64,000 nt of DNA from an uncultured Clostridium sp. (GTDB lineage Bacteria; Bacillota; Clostridia; TANB77; CAG-508), in assembly GCA_947388675.1 (NCBI GenBank), contig CANDRW010000004.1, positions 1,671-65,670 on the forward strand. Reading direction: 5' to 3'. The translations under genes and the position numbers were made by a program. The notes below the pieces were generated by a model that saw only the letters and a list, made by a program, of their open reading frames with translations, did not search any database and was not told the origin of the DNA. Positions 29,919 through 39,250 of the stretch are shown here, one piece after another. Position 1 is the first letter of the stretch. Each line of letters begins with the position of its first letter.

Positions 29919-30044
29919 ATGTTGCACATGGGGACAGATGTCGCACAAACTATACATCTCACTATGTTCGATTGCATAAGTTATCTGTAACTCACTATGT
30001 TCGAACAGCTAACTTAACGTCCCCATCTGCGACATCTATGTGAC
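29919..30044. repeat. REPIN-like element, beta subfamily (GTCGCAC type), copy 1
   Basis: ATGTTGCACATGGGGACAGATGTCGCAC ... core ... AACGTCCCCATCTGCGAC; reverse complement of 45751-45866 with 23- and 27-nt identical blocks. Confidence 0.8.
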
Positions 30045-30062
30045 AAATTAAAGGAGGAAAAT

Positions 30063-32741
30063 ATGAGTAATCGTAAGCCATTAGAAGGAAAGTTTGAACC
30101 TAAAAGCTTTGAAGAGAAAATTTATCAAGAGTGGAATGAGAAAGGTTACTTCAAACCATCTGAAGATAAAAGTAAAGAGCCATATACTATTGTAATTCCA
30201 CCACCAAACATTACTGGAAAATTGCATATGGGACATGCTTTAGATGAAACACTACAAGATATTTTAATTAGGTATAAAAGAATGAGAGGGTATAACACAT
30301 TGTGGATACCTGGTACAGACCATGCCTCAATTGCTACGGAAGCCAAGATTGTAGAGAACTTGAAAAAGCAAGGAATTACAAAGGAAGATTTAGGAAGAGA
30401 AGGCTTCTTAGAGAAAGCATGGGAATGGAAAGAAGAATATGGAGGAACTATTTTAAACCAATTAAAAAAATTGGGATGTTCTTGTGATTGGTCAAGGGAA
30501 CGTTTTACCATGGATGAAGGATTATCAAATGCAGTAAAGCATGTTTTTGTAGAGTTGTATAAAAAAGGATTAATCTATAGAGGTAAAAGACTAATTAACT
30601 GGTGTCCTTATTGTGATACTTCTATTTCAGATATAGAGGTAGAGTATGAAGAAGAACCAACACATTTATGGCATATTAAATATCCTATTAAAGGAGAGGA
30701 AGGAAAATATGTTATAGTTGCAACAACAAGACCAGAAACTATGCTTGGCGATACTGGTGTTGCAGTTCATCCAAGTGATGAAAGATACAAAGACTTAGTT
30801 GGTAAAATGGTAGTTTTACCAATCATGAATAAAGAAATTCCAATTATAGCAGATGAATTTGTAGAAACAGAATTTGGAACAGGTGCTGTAAAGCTAACGC
30901 CTGCTCATGACCCTAACGACTATGCAGCAGCTGTTAAACACAATTTGGAAATATTAGAAGTATTTGATGCTAATTTCAAAATGGGAAATTTAGTACCAGA
31001 GTATCAAGGAATGGAATTATTAGAGGCAAGACAAAAAATTGTAGAAAGACTAGAAAAAGAAGGATATTTAATTAAAACAGAAGACTATACACATAATGTA
31101 GGAAAATGCTATCGTTGCCATCATACCATTGAACCACACATTTCAGAGCAATGGTTTGTTAAAATGGAGCCTTTAGCAAAGCCTGCTATTGAAGCGGTAA
31201 AAAACAAAGAAATTAGATTCATACCAGAAAGATATGAAAAAACTTATTTTAACTGGATGGAGAATATTCAAGACTGGTGTATTTCAAGACAAATATGGTG
31301 GGGACATAGAATTCCAGCCTATTACTGTGAAGACTGTGGTGAAGTGATAGTAGCTGAACAAGAACCACAAAAATGTTCAAAATGTGGTAGCATGCATCTA
31401 AAACAAGATGAAGATACGTTAGATACTTGGTTTAGTTCTGCGTTATGGCCATTTTCTACTTTAGGTTGGCCAGACAAAACAGAAGATTTTGAATATTTCT
31501 ATCCAACAAGTACTTTAGTTACTGGTTATGACATCATTTTCTTCTGGGTAGCAAGGATGATTTTTTCAGCCTTAGAGCATACGGGAAAGCCACCATTTAA
31601 AGATGTGTTTATTCATGGAATTGTGAGAGATAGTCAAGGAAGAAAAATGTCTAAGAGCTTAGGAAACGGAATTGATCCATTAGAGATTATTGATCAATAT
31701 GGAACAGATGCCCTACGTTTTTCATTAGTATTAGGTATTTCAGCAGGGAATGATATCCGTTATATGCCAGAAAAATTAGAGCAAGCTTCTAACTTTGCTA
31801 ACAAAGTATGGAATGCAGCAAAGTTCGTAAGTAGCAATTTAGCAGATGAGCAAAAGGTAAGAGATTTTTGTTATGAAGCTTTTGAAAAAAATATGACATA
31901 TGACCCAACATATTTTAGACTAGAAGATAAATGGATTTTGAACAAGTTTGATAAATTAGTAGTAGATGTAACGAAAAACATAGATAATTACGACTTAGGA
32001 ATTGCACTGGATAAGATTTATAGCTTTATTTGGAATGAATATTGTGATTGGTATATTGAAATGGTTAAGCCTAGAATTTATAGTGATGATGATAACATCA
32101 AGGTTCCAGTTAGTGATGTATTAAGTCATATTTTAGCATCCTCTTTAAAGCTATTACATCCATTTATGCCATTTATTACAGAAAAGATTTATTCTCATTT
32201 AATTGTATTTGGAACAGAAGATTTAATTGTAGCAAAATGGCCAGATATGAGAGAAAAGTTTGTCTTTGATAAGGAAGAAGAATTTATAGAAAAATTAAAG
32301 AAACTAATTGTGGAGATTAGAAATGTAAGGGCTACTAGAAATATTCATCCATCTAAGAAGTCAGAGTTGATTTTTGTTACTGACCAATATGAAAGAGAAA
32401 TCAAAGAGGCAGAAGAAATTTTATTAAAATTAGGATTTGGAACAAAGGTAACTATTCAAAAAGATAGAATAGGACTTCCTGAAAATGCAATTACTATTAT
32501 GCAAGATGATATGGAATTATACATGCCATTAGAAGATTTGGTAGATTTAGAAGAAGAGAAAAAGAGATTACAAGAGGAGAAAGCAAAACTAGAAGCAGAA
32601 GTAGCAAGAGGACAAAAAATGCTTTCTAATCCAGGATTTGTAAATAAAGCACCAGAAGCAAAAATTAATGAGGAAAAAGCCAAGCTTGCAAAATATGAGG
32701 AAATGCTTGCAAAAGTGGAAGAGAGATTAGGAAGCTTATAG
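30063..32741 (+). CDS. valS: valine--tRNA ligase
   Basis: 892 aa; HIGH (GKLHMGHA), KMSKS, C-terminal coiled coil. Confidence 0.95.
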   Translation: MSNRKPLEGKFEPKSFEEKIYQEWNEKGYFKPSEDKSKEPYTIVIPPPNITGKLHMGHALDETLQDILIRYKRMRGYNTLWIPGTDHASIATEAKIVENLKKQGITKEDLGREGFLEKAWEWKEEYGGTILNQLKKLGCSCDWSRERFTMDEGLSNAVKHVFVELYKKGLIYRGKRLINWCPYCDTSISDIEVEYEEEPTHLWHIKYPIKGEEGKYVIVATTRPETMLGDTGVAVHPSDERYKDLVGKMVVLPIMNKEIPIIADEFVETEFGTGAVKLTPAHDPNDYAAAVKHNLEILEVFDANFKMGNLVPEYQGMELLEARQKIVERLEKEGYLIKTEDYTHNVGKCYRCHHTIEPHISEQWFVKMEPLAKPAIEAVKNKEIRFIPERYEKTYFNWMENIQDWCISRQIWWGHRIPAYYCEDCGEVIVAEQEPQKCSKCGSMHLKQDEDTLDTWFSSALWPFSTLGWPDKTEDFEYFYPTSTLVTGYDIIFFWVARMIFSALEHTGKPPFKDVFIHGIVRDSQGRKMSKSLGNGIDPLEIIDQYGTDALRFSLVLGISAGNDIRYMPEKLEQASNFANKVWNAAKFVSSNLADEQKVRDFCYEAFEKNMTYDPTYFRLEDKWILNKFDKLVVDVTKNIDNYDLGIALDKIYSFIWNEYCDWYIEMVKPRIYSDDDNIKVPVSDVLSHILASSLKLLHPFMPFITEKIYSHLIVFGTEDLIVAKWPDMREKFVFDKEEEFIEKLKKLIVEIRNVRATRNIHPSKKSELIFVTDQYEREIKEAEEILLKLGFGTKVTIQKDRIGLPENAITIMQDDMELYMPLEDLVDLEEEKKRLQEEKAKLEAEVARGQKMLSNPGFVNKAPEAKINEEKAKLAKYEEMLAKVEERLGSL

Positions 32742-32822
32742 TAAATTAATAATATACATTATTTAAAGGTCACAAAAAAAGCCAACCTCCTACAAAAGCA
32801 CATAGGAGATTGACAAAGAGCT

Positions 32823-33191
32823 TTAATCGAACCAAATTCTGCAAGAGAATTCGTCGCCGTCCCAACTCAGCCCAGCGGCTTCCATGGAATTGCAAGTTTC
32901 GATAAGAATGTAGCCGGAATTGTCGGCTGTTCCCCGAATAAAAACATTAGTCTTGCCACGCTCGAGAGCTTGGCATACTGTTGTCAAATCGGAGATGGTA
33001 AGCAGCAAATTCTCTTTATCGGTGTGGAGCTTGTCCAAATCGATATAGGGAACCGCTGCTTTAGGAATGTAGTTCCCGTTCGAAAGCAGGATATCGGCTT
33101 CTAACAGCAGAAGCTGTTGCAGTGCACTGAGGTGCTTTTGAATCTCCTGATTCAGTTTGGCGATTGCTACTTTCCGTTTCTCGTTCTTCAT
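32823..33191 (-). CDS. hypothetical protein, 122 aa, GC-rich orphan (cassette 2)
   Basis: AAGGAG RBS; markedly higher G+C than flanks; same length, promoter and leader box as 7436-7804. Confidence 0.6.
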   Translation of the reverse strand: MKNEKRKVAIAKLNQEIQKHLSALQQLLLLEADILLSNGNYIPKAAVPYIDLDKLHTDKENLLLTISDLTTVCQALERGKTNVFIRGTADNSGYILIETCNSMEAAGLSWDGDEFSCRIWFD

Positions 33192-33215
33192 GATAGATAG
33201 CTCCTTTTTATGATT

Positions 33216-33268
33216 TAGGGTATTACCTATATAACGTTTATTATAACATAATTTACATAAAAAGTCAA
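33216..33268 (-). promoter_or_regulatory. promoter plus operator-like palindrome of cassette 2
   Basis: Minus strand TTGACT (33263-33268), spacer TTTTATGTAAATTATGT, TATAAT (33240-33245), then TAGG-N6-CCTA (33216-33229). Confidence 0.5.
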
Positions 33269-33309
33269 AAAATATACTTTTAATAACATACTAGAAAAAG
33301 AGGTTAAAA

Positions 33310-33702
33310 ATGAAAATTTCAACAAAAGGTAGATATGCCTTAAGAGTTATGATAGACATAGCTACACAAAAACAAGAAGGATATATATCGCTAACTGATA
33401 TTGCTAAAAGGCAGGAAATTTCTAATAAATATTTGGAGCAGATTATTGGGAAACTGTTGAAAGCTGGATATTTAAAATCTGCTAGAGGAAATAGTGGTGG
33501 ATATATGCTAAGTAAAAAGCCAAAAGAATACAAAGTTGGTGATATTTTAAGAGTGATGGAAGAAAAATTATCTCCCACAGATTGTGTTACAGAAGGATGC
33601 AGTAGACAAGAGAACTGCAAAACATTTTCTTTTTGGAAAGGGCTAGATGATGTCATTAGTGAATATGTAGATAGTAAGACGCTTGAAGATTTAATTAAAT
33701 AG
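33310..33702 (+). CDS. Rrf2-family (IscR/CymR-like) transcriptional regulator
   Basis: MKISTKGRYALRVMIDIA wHTH N-terminus; three Cys (C-x4-C-x5-C) in PTDCVTEGCSRQENC. Confidence 0.85.
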   Translation: MKISTKGRYALRVMIDIATQKQEGYISLTDIAKRQEISNKYLEQIIGKLLKAGYLKSARGNSGGYMLSKKPKEYKVGDILRVMEEKLSPTDCVTEGCSRQENCKTFSFWKGLDDVISEYVDSKTLEDLIK

Positions 33703-33720
33703 AAAATAGTATTTTAATAG

Positions 33721-33902
33721 AATTAGGCTTATGATAGTATGATTATGCAGTAGCGAGTGGAGTAGCGTTAGTTACGACCCCGAATACAACTGAGTTATAG
33801 AATGCTATAATTCAGCTAAAAAATGACCTGTTTTTTAGCTGAATTATTGCATTCTATTAGGAAGTTGTACAACGTAATAATCATACTATCATAAGCCTAA
33901 TT
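33721..33902. repeat. 182-bp nested palindrome (singleton long-hairpin element)
   Basis: Perfect 26-bp outer stem AATTAGGCTTATGATAGTATGATTAT / ATAATCATACTATCATAAGCCTAATT; inner 15-bp stem AATTCAGCTAAAAAA / TTTTTTAGCTGAATT. Confidence 0.8.
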
Positions 33903-33931
33903 CATTTTAGAAGAATACTTTATATATCCTA

Positions 33932-33960
33932 TTGACATAGTAGGAATTAAGAAGTATAAT
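33932..33960 (+). promoter_or_regulatory. consensus sigmaA-type promoter for nifS
   Basis: TTGACA, 17 nt, TATAAT. Confidence 0.5.
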
Positions 33961-33994
33961 AATAGCCAGAAAAAATAAGGAAGGAAAATGAACA

Positions 33995-35185
33995 ATGAAC
34001 CAAATATATTTTGACAATTCAGCTACAACAAAGCTAGATGAAGAAGTATTAAAAGAAATGATGCCATATTTAACAGAAGACTATGGCAATGCTTCTTCTA
34101 TTTATAAATTAGGAAGAGAGAGCAGAAAAGCTATTGAAGAAGCAAGAGAAAGAATTGCAAAAGCTATTCATGCAGAACCAAATGAAATTTACTTTACTTC
34201 AGGTGGAAGTGAAGCAGATAATACCATTATTAGAGGAGTAGCCTATCAGTATAAAAATAAAGGAAACCATATTATTACCTCTAAAATTGAACACCCAGCA
34301 GTATTAGAAACTTGCAAACAACTTGAAAAAGAAGGTTTTGAAGTTTCTTATATTGGTGTAGATGAAAAGGGAAGAATAAATTTAGAAGAATTAAAAAATG
34401 TAATTAAACCAGAAACCATTTTGATTAGCATTATGTTTGCTAACAATGAGATTGGAACAATTCAGCCAGTAGATGAGATAGGAAAAATAGCTAAAGAACA
34501 TCAAATTATATTCCATACAGATGCTGTTCAAGCAGTAGGAACCTTAGATATTGATGTAAAAGACATGAATATTGATAGCTTATCTATGTCATCACATAAA
34601 TTTTATGGACCAAAAGGAATTGGGGCATTATATGTTAGAAAGGGCATTGTATTCCAAAAGTTTATGAATGGGGGACATCAGGAAAGAGGAAAAAGAGCAG
34701 GCACCGAAAATACAGCAGCTATTGTAGGAATGGGAAAAGCAATTGAACTTGCATATGAACATGTAGAAGAACATAGAAATCACTTAAAAGAACTAAGAGA
34801 TTACTATATCAGCCAAATTCAAGAGAGAATACCATATATTAAAATTAATGGTGAACCTGAGAATGGGCTTCCAGGATTGAGTAATATTTCTTTTCGTTTT
34901 ATTGAAGGTGAGGGAATACTATTAAATCTTGATTTAAAAGGAATTTCAGCATCTAGTGGTAGTGCCTGTACAAGTGGTTCACTTGACCCTTCGCATGTTC
35001 TATTGGCTATTGGATTACCTCATGAGATAGCGCATGGAAGTATTAGAATTTCAATGGGGAAGTATAACACAAAAGAAGAAGTAGACTATTTAATTGAACA
35101 GATGGTAGAGATTATAGGTAGACTAAGAGCGATGTCGCCTTTATATGAGAAATTTTTAGAGGAGGAAAAGAATGGAACCATATAA
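33995..35185 (+). CDS. nifS: cysteine desulfurase (NifS/IscS type)
   Basis: SSHKFYGPKGIG (PLP Lys) and SSGSACTSG (catalytic Cys). Confidence 0.9.
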   Translation: MNQIYFDNSATTKLDEEVLKEMMPYLTEDYGNASSIYKLGRESRKAIEEARERIAKAIHAEPNEIYFTSGGSEADNTIIRGVAYQYKNKGNHIITSKIEHPAVLETCKQLEKEGFEVSYIGVDEKGRINLEELKNVIKPETILISIMFANNEIGTIQPVDEIGKIAKEHQIIFHTDAVQAVGTLDIDVKDMNIDSLSMSSHKFYGPKGIGALYVRKGIVFQKFMNGGHQERGKRAGTENTAAIVGMGKAIELAYEHVEEHRNHLKELRDYYISQIQERIPYIKINGEPENGLPGLSNISFRFIEGEGILLNLDLKGISASSGSACTSGSLDPSHVLLAIGLPHEIAHGSIRISMGKYNTKEEVDYLIEQMVEIIGRLRAMSPLYEKFLEEEKNGTI

Positions 35186-35561
35186 TGAAAAGGTAATTGA
35201 AAATTATGCAAATCCTAAAAATGTAGGAAAGATAGAAAATGCAGATGGAGTGGGAGAAGTAGGAAACCCTGTCTGTGGAGATATTATGAGAATGTACTTA
35301 AAGGTAGAAAACAACAAGATTGTAGATGCGAAATTTCAGACTTTTGGCTGTGGAGCAGCAATTGCATCTAGTAGTGTATCAACAGAAATGATTAAGAATA
35401 AAACATTAGAAGAAGCCTTACAAATAACTAACAAAGATGTTGTTAATGAATTAGGCGGACTTCCACCAGTGAAATTGCATTGTTCCGTTTTAGCAGAAGA
35501 GGCAATTAGAAAGGCAATTGCAGACTATTATTCTAAACAAGGAATAATGAGCAGGGAATAG
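35172..35561 (+). CDS. nifU: Fe-S cluster scaffold NifU/IscU
   Basis: NPVCGD, FGCGAAIASS and LHCSVLAEEA motifs. Confidence 0.9.
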   Translation: MEPYNEKVIENYANPKNVGKIENADGVGEVGNPVCGDIMRMYLKVENNKIVDAKFQTFGCGAAIASSSVSTEMIKNKTLEEALQITNKDVVNELGGLPPVKLHCSVLAEEAIRKAIADYYSKQGIMSRE

Positions 35562-35636
35562 ATACAAGGGCTTGAGTTTTGTACTTTTCTATGGTAGAAT
35601 GCAAGAAAACACAAACATAAAATTCGGAGGAATAAA

Positions 35637-36707
35637 ATGAAAACAGGAAAAAAAGTTCTATTAGGTATGAGTGGAGGTGTGGATAGTTCTGTTGCAGCTA
35701 TTTTGCTACAAAAGGAAGGTTATGAAGTTTACGGAGTTACCTTGAAATTGTGGGAAAGTGAAGAACAAGAAAGCACTTGTTGTAATCTGGAGGCTACTTT
35801 AGATGCTAAAAGAGTGTGTGACCAATTAGGAATTCCACACTATACAATGAATGTGAAAGAACAATTTAATGAGCATGTTATTCAAGATTTTATTTGCCAA
35901 TATAAAAATTGTAGAACACCCAATCCATGTATTGAATGTAATAAATATTTAAAATTCGGTTATATGTATCAAAAAGCAAAAGAGCTAGAAATAGACTATT
36001 TGGCAACAGGACATTATGCTAAAATGGAATATAGTGAAGAATATGGAAGATATGTATTGAAAAAAGCAAATAATATTGAAAAAGATCAAAGCTATGTATT
36101 ATATAGTATGCCAAAAGAATTACTAGGGAAGGTAGTATTTCCACTAGCAAATATGGAAAGTAAAGAGGAAATTAGAAAAGTTGCAAGAGAGCACAACTTA
36201 CAAGTAGCTAACAAACCTGATAGCGAAGATATTTGTTTTATTCCAGACGGAAATTATAAAGGATTTTTAGAAAACAATTCGGATTTACAGCCCAAAGAGG
36301 GAAATATTGTAAATAGACAAGGAGAAATTCTAGGAAAGCATCAAGGCTTGTATCGATATACAATAGGTCAAAGAAAAGGATTAGGAATTGCATATTCAGA
36401 ACCACTATTTGTGATAGGATTTAAACCTGAAAAAAATGAATTAATTGTTGGTACAGAAAAAGAAATTTATCAGAAAGAAATGCTAGTAAATCAGATTAAC
36501 TTTTTATTAATTGACCAATTAGAAAGTCCAATGAAAGTAATGGTAAAAACAAGATATTCTAGTAAGGAATATCCAGCTATTATTGAAATGGTACAAGAAG
36601 ATACCATTAAAGTAACTTTTGATGAGGAAGTTTCGAGAATTACACCAGGGCAGTCAGCTGTATTTTATGTAGATGATATGGTGCTTGGTGGTGGGAAAAT
36701 AGTATAA
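35637..36707 (+). CDS. mnmA: tRNA 2-thiouridine(34) synthase
   Basis: GMSGGVDSSVAA PP-loop, catalytic Cys context, 356 aa. Confidence 0.92.
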   Translation: MKTGKKVLLGMSGGVDSSVAAILLQKEGYEVYGVTLKLWESEEQESTCCNLEATLDAKRVCDQLGIPHYTMNVKEQFNEHVIQDFICQYKNCRTPNPCIECNKYLKFGYMYQKAKELEIDYLATGHYAKMEYSEEYGRYVLKKANNIEKDQSYVLYSMPKELLGKVVFPLANMESKEEIRKVAREHNLQVANKPDSEDICFIPDGNYKGFLENNSDLQPKEGNIVNRQGEILGKHQGLYRYTIGQRKGLGIAYSEPLFVIGFKPEKNELIVGTEKEIYQKEMLVNQINFLLIDQLESPMKVMVKTRYSSKEYPAIIEMVQEDTIKVTFDEEVSRITPGQSAVFYVDDMVLGGGKIV

Positions 36708-36756
36708 TAAATGATTTATTATTGCTTTAGCAATTAGAAATCATTATATGCTTTAG

Positions 36757-36822
36757 TACAAAATGGAGTTTAATCGTGTAATCTTTTTAAGAACTACATC
36801 ATTAAACTCCATTTTGTATTTT
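36757..36822 (+). terminator. terminator after mnmA (long-loop hairpin)
   Basis: 18-bp stem TACAAAATGGAGTTTAAT / ATTAAACTCCATTTTGTA followed by TTTT. Confidence 0.55.
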
Positions 36823-36825
36823 GAC

Positions 36826-37416
36826 TTATTTAGAAGATAAGTGTTCTAATTGTTTTGTATGTTTCTTTGAATTAATTTCTAGTGAAATAAGTCTATTAGA
36901 ATGGTCTTTTGTTGTTTCTTGTAAATCTTCAATATGTTTGTCATTTTTTTCGAAATGTTCTTGATGCATGGTATGTCCGTCAAATAGTACTGTTGATTTG
37001 TCAGAAAAATTAACTTCGAGAAGAATAAGAGTTTGATGCATACTATCAACTTTTTCTTCTAAAGCACAAAGTTTTTTCGTAAGCTTATCAATTCTCTCAG
37101 AATGGTCAAGTAATATATAAGTATGTTCAGTTACCATTTCTGATAGTTGATTTACTTTTTCTGATAGTTGAGTTACCGTTTCTGATAGTTGAGTTACCGT
37201 TTCTGATAGTTGAGTTACCGTTTCTGATAGTTGAGTTACCGTTTCTGATAGTTCAGCTATTTTTTTGGAATGTTCATTAAGTATTTGGGAGTGCTCATCT
37301 AAAGTCCTAGTATGTTCATCTAAAGTTTTTGTGTGTCCATCTAAGGTATGAACACAAACATTTAATAGTTTAGTGTGTTCATGTAGTATTTCTAGAATTT
37401 GGTCCTCTTTTGTCAT
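36826..37416 (-). CDS. His-rich heptad-repeat coiled-coil protein (hypothetical)
   Basis: HTKTLDE/HTRTLDE/HSQILNE heptads, then LSETVTQ x4 encoded by a perfect 21-bp tandem repeat. Confidence 0.6.
   Translation of the reverse strand: MTKEDQILEILHEHTKLLNVCVHTLDGHTKTLDEHTRTLDEHSQILNEHSKKIAELSETVTQLSETVTQLSETVTQLSETVTQLSEKVNQLSEMVTEHTYILLDHSERIDKLTKKLCALEEKVDSMHQTLILLEVNFSDKSTVLFDGHTMHQEHFEKNDKHIEDLQETTKDHSNRLISLEINSKKHTKQLEHLSSK
37140..37260. repeat. 21-bp tandem repeat (about 5.7 units, 4 perfect) inside a CDS
   Basis: CTGATAGTTGAGTTACCGTTT at 37161, 37182, 37203 and 37224, flanked by diverged units. Confidence 0.9.
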
Positions 37417-37518
37417 AGAATTTCACCTCCTTTGCAAATAGTAAAATAATTCTACCACACCCTAAAATAAAACACAATGTTTTTGCGGAGAAAAGATAAA
37501 ATATTTACTAAAAAGTAA

Positions 37519-37536
37519 AGTCGAAAAAAGTCGAAA
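37519..37536 (+). promoter_or_regulatory. two tandem Spo0A-box-like motifs upstream of spoIIAA
   Basis: AGTCGAAA at 37519 and 37529, 10 bp apart (0A box consensus TGTCGAA). Confidence 0.35.
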
Positions 37537-37635
37537 AGTTCCAAAAAAACGACAAAACCTCTTATATTTTACTCTGTTCAAGACTTAAAAAAAAATGTAT
37601 AATGTGGACAAGCAAAAGATAAGGAGGAATACAAG

Positions 37636-37959
37636 ATGAATATAGAATTTGATGAATTGGACAAGCTGTTATATATTCAAATAACAGAAGAAATTGACCA
37701 TCATACTACAGAAAAACTAAGGAGGAAAATGGATTATGAAATTACAAGATTTATGCCTAGAGAAGTTGTGTTTGATTTTAGTAAAGTTTCTTTTATGGAC
37801 AGTGCAGGAATAGGTCTATTGATAGGAAGATATAAGCTAGCAAAGCTATTAGGAGGAAGTACTAAAATTATTAATAGTAGTAAGGCAGTGAAGAAAATGT
37901 TAGAGATGAGTGGAGTAGTGAGAATTATTCCAGTAGAAGAAAGTGAGAAGGTAGGATAG
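37636..37959 (+). CDS. spoIIAA: anti-sigma-F factor antagonist
   Basis: STAS domain with FMDSAGIG phospho-Ser motif; first gene of the spoIIA operon. Confidence 0.9.
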   Translation: MNIEFDELDKLLYIQITEEIDHHTTEKLRRKMDYEITRFMPREVVFDFSKVSFMDSAGIGLLIGRYKLAKLLGGSTKIINSSKAVKKMLEMSGVVRIIPVEESEKVG

Positions 37960-38000
37960 ACAAAGATTTTAGATATAGTGAAAGAAAAGAGGAGAGAAAA

Positions 38001-38480
38001 ATGAAAAGTATGTATGATAACGAAATGGAACTTAGCTTTATTAGCAAGTCCAACAATGAAGCGTTTGCACGTATTACAGTGGCTGCGTTTGCTAGCCAAT
38101 TAGATCCAACAATCGAAGAATTGGCAGATATTAAAACAGCTATATCAGAAGCTGTAACTAATTGTATTATTCATGGATATGAAGATACGGAAGGGAATGT
38201 AAAGATAAAAGCAAAATTGCTAGAAGACACACTTGAGGTAGAAATATCGGACAATGGAAAAGGAATTGAAGACATAGAATTAGCAAGGAAACCACTGTAC
38301 ACAACAAAAGGAAATTTAGAAAGATCTGGAATGGGATTTACCATAATGGAAAGTTTTATGGATGAAGTGGAAATACAATCTGTTGTTGGAATTGGAACAA
38401 AAATAGTAATGAAGAAAACAATAAAAAAGGAAGAAAAACAAGAAGAAATAGAAGAAGAAAAAAATGCTCTAATCAATTAA
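38001..38480 (+). CDS. spoIIAB: anti-sigma-F factor (Ser kinase)
   Basis: [12 protein letters not shown]-box, DNGKGI G1 box, GMGFTIME G2 box. Confidence 0.9.
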   Translation: MKSMYDNEMELSFISKSNNEAFARITVAAFASQLDPTIEELADIKTAISEAVTNCIIHGYEDTEGNVKIKAKLLEDTLEVEISDNGKGIEDIELARKPLYTTKGNLERSGMGFTIMESFMDEVEIQSVVGIGTKIVMKKTIKKEEKQEEIEEEKNALIN

Positions 38481-38501
38481 TATGAAGGAGGCATTTTTTT
38501 T

Positions 38502-39233
38502 ATGCAGGAAGACTATGCAAATAATAATTTAGATGTGATAGAGGCACAATCAGGAAATCAAGAGGCAATGCAGAAATTAATTGATAGAAACAAAGGGCTT
38601 ATTTGGAGCATTGTCAAAAGGTTTCAAGACAGAGGATATGAACTAGAAGATTTATACCAAGTGGCAGTTATGGGATTTATTAAATGTATTAAAAGATTTG
38701 ACGCAAGCTTTGAAGTTCAATTAACTACTTATGCAGTTCCATATATTTTAGGAGAAGTTAAAAGATATCTTCGTGATGATGGACCAGTAAAAATTAGTAG
38801 GAGCATTAAGGAATTAGCCATGAAAGCACTAGAAGAACAAAAAGAATACTATAGGAGAACAGGAAAAGAGATAAAAATAGAAGAACTAGCAGAAATATTA
38901 AACACTTCTAAAGAAGAGTTGACTTTAGCAATGGATGCATTTAGACCAATGGAGTCTATTTATCAACCTGCTTATGAAGGTGATGAAGAAGGAATTTGTT
39001 TGTTAGATAAAATAGAAAGTGGGACAAATCAAGAAGAAATGATTAGTAATCGACTTTGTATACAAGAGGCACTAAAAAATTTACAAGACCAAGAAAAGCA
39101 AATTATTGTTTTGAGGTATTATAAAGGAAAAACACAGACAGAAGTTGCCAAGATTTTAGGAATTACACAAGTGCAAGTTTCGCGAATAGAGAAGAAGACT
39201 TTGGAAAGAATGAGGACGAAGTTGGCTGTTTAA
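38502..39233 (+). CDS. sigF: sporulation sigma factor F
   Basis: Sigma-70 regions 2-4 (DLYQVAVMGFIKCIKRFD; TQTEVAKILGITQVQVSRIEKK); position directly after spoIIAB. Confidence 0.88.
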   Translation: MQEDYANNNLDVIEAQSGNQEAMQKLIDRNKGLIWSIVKRFQDRGYELEDLYQVAVMGFIKCIKRFDASFEVQLTTYAVPYILGEVKRYLRDDGPVKISRSIKELAMKALEEQKEYYRRTGKEIKIEELAEILNTSKEELTLAMDAFRPMESIYQPAYEGDEEGICLLDKIESGTNQEEMISNRLCIQEALKNLQDQEKQIIVLRYYKGKTQTEVAKILGITQVQVSRIEKKTLERMRTKLAV

Positions 39234-39250
39234 ATATCTATAGTTAATAC

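Noticed and set aside
37140-37260. Possible CRISPR array
   Set aside because: The 21-bp units are directly adjacent with no spacers and are in frame within a CDS (LSETVTQ heptads). No cas genes are present. This is a coding tandem repeat.
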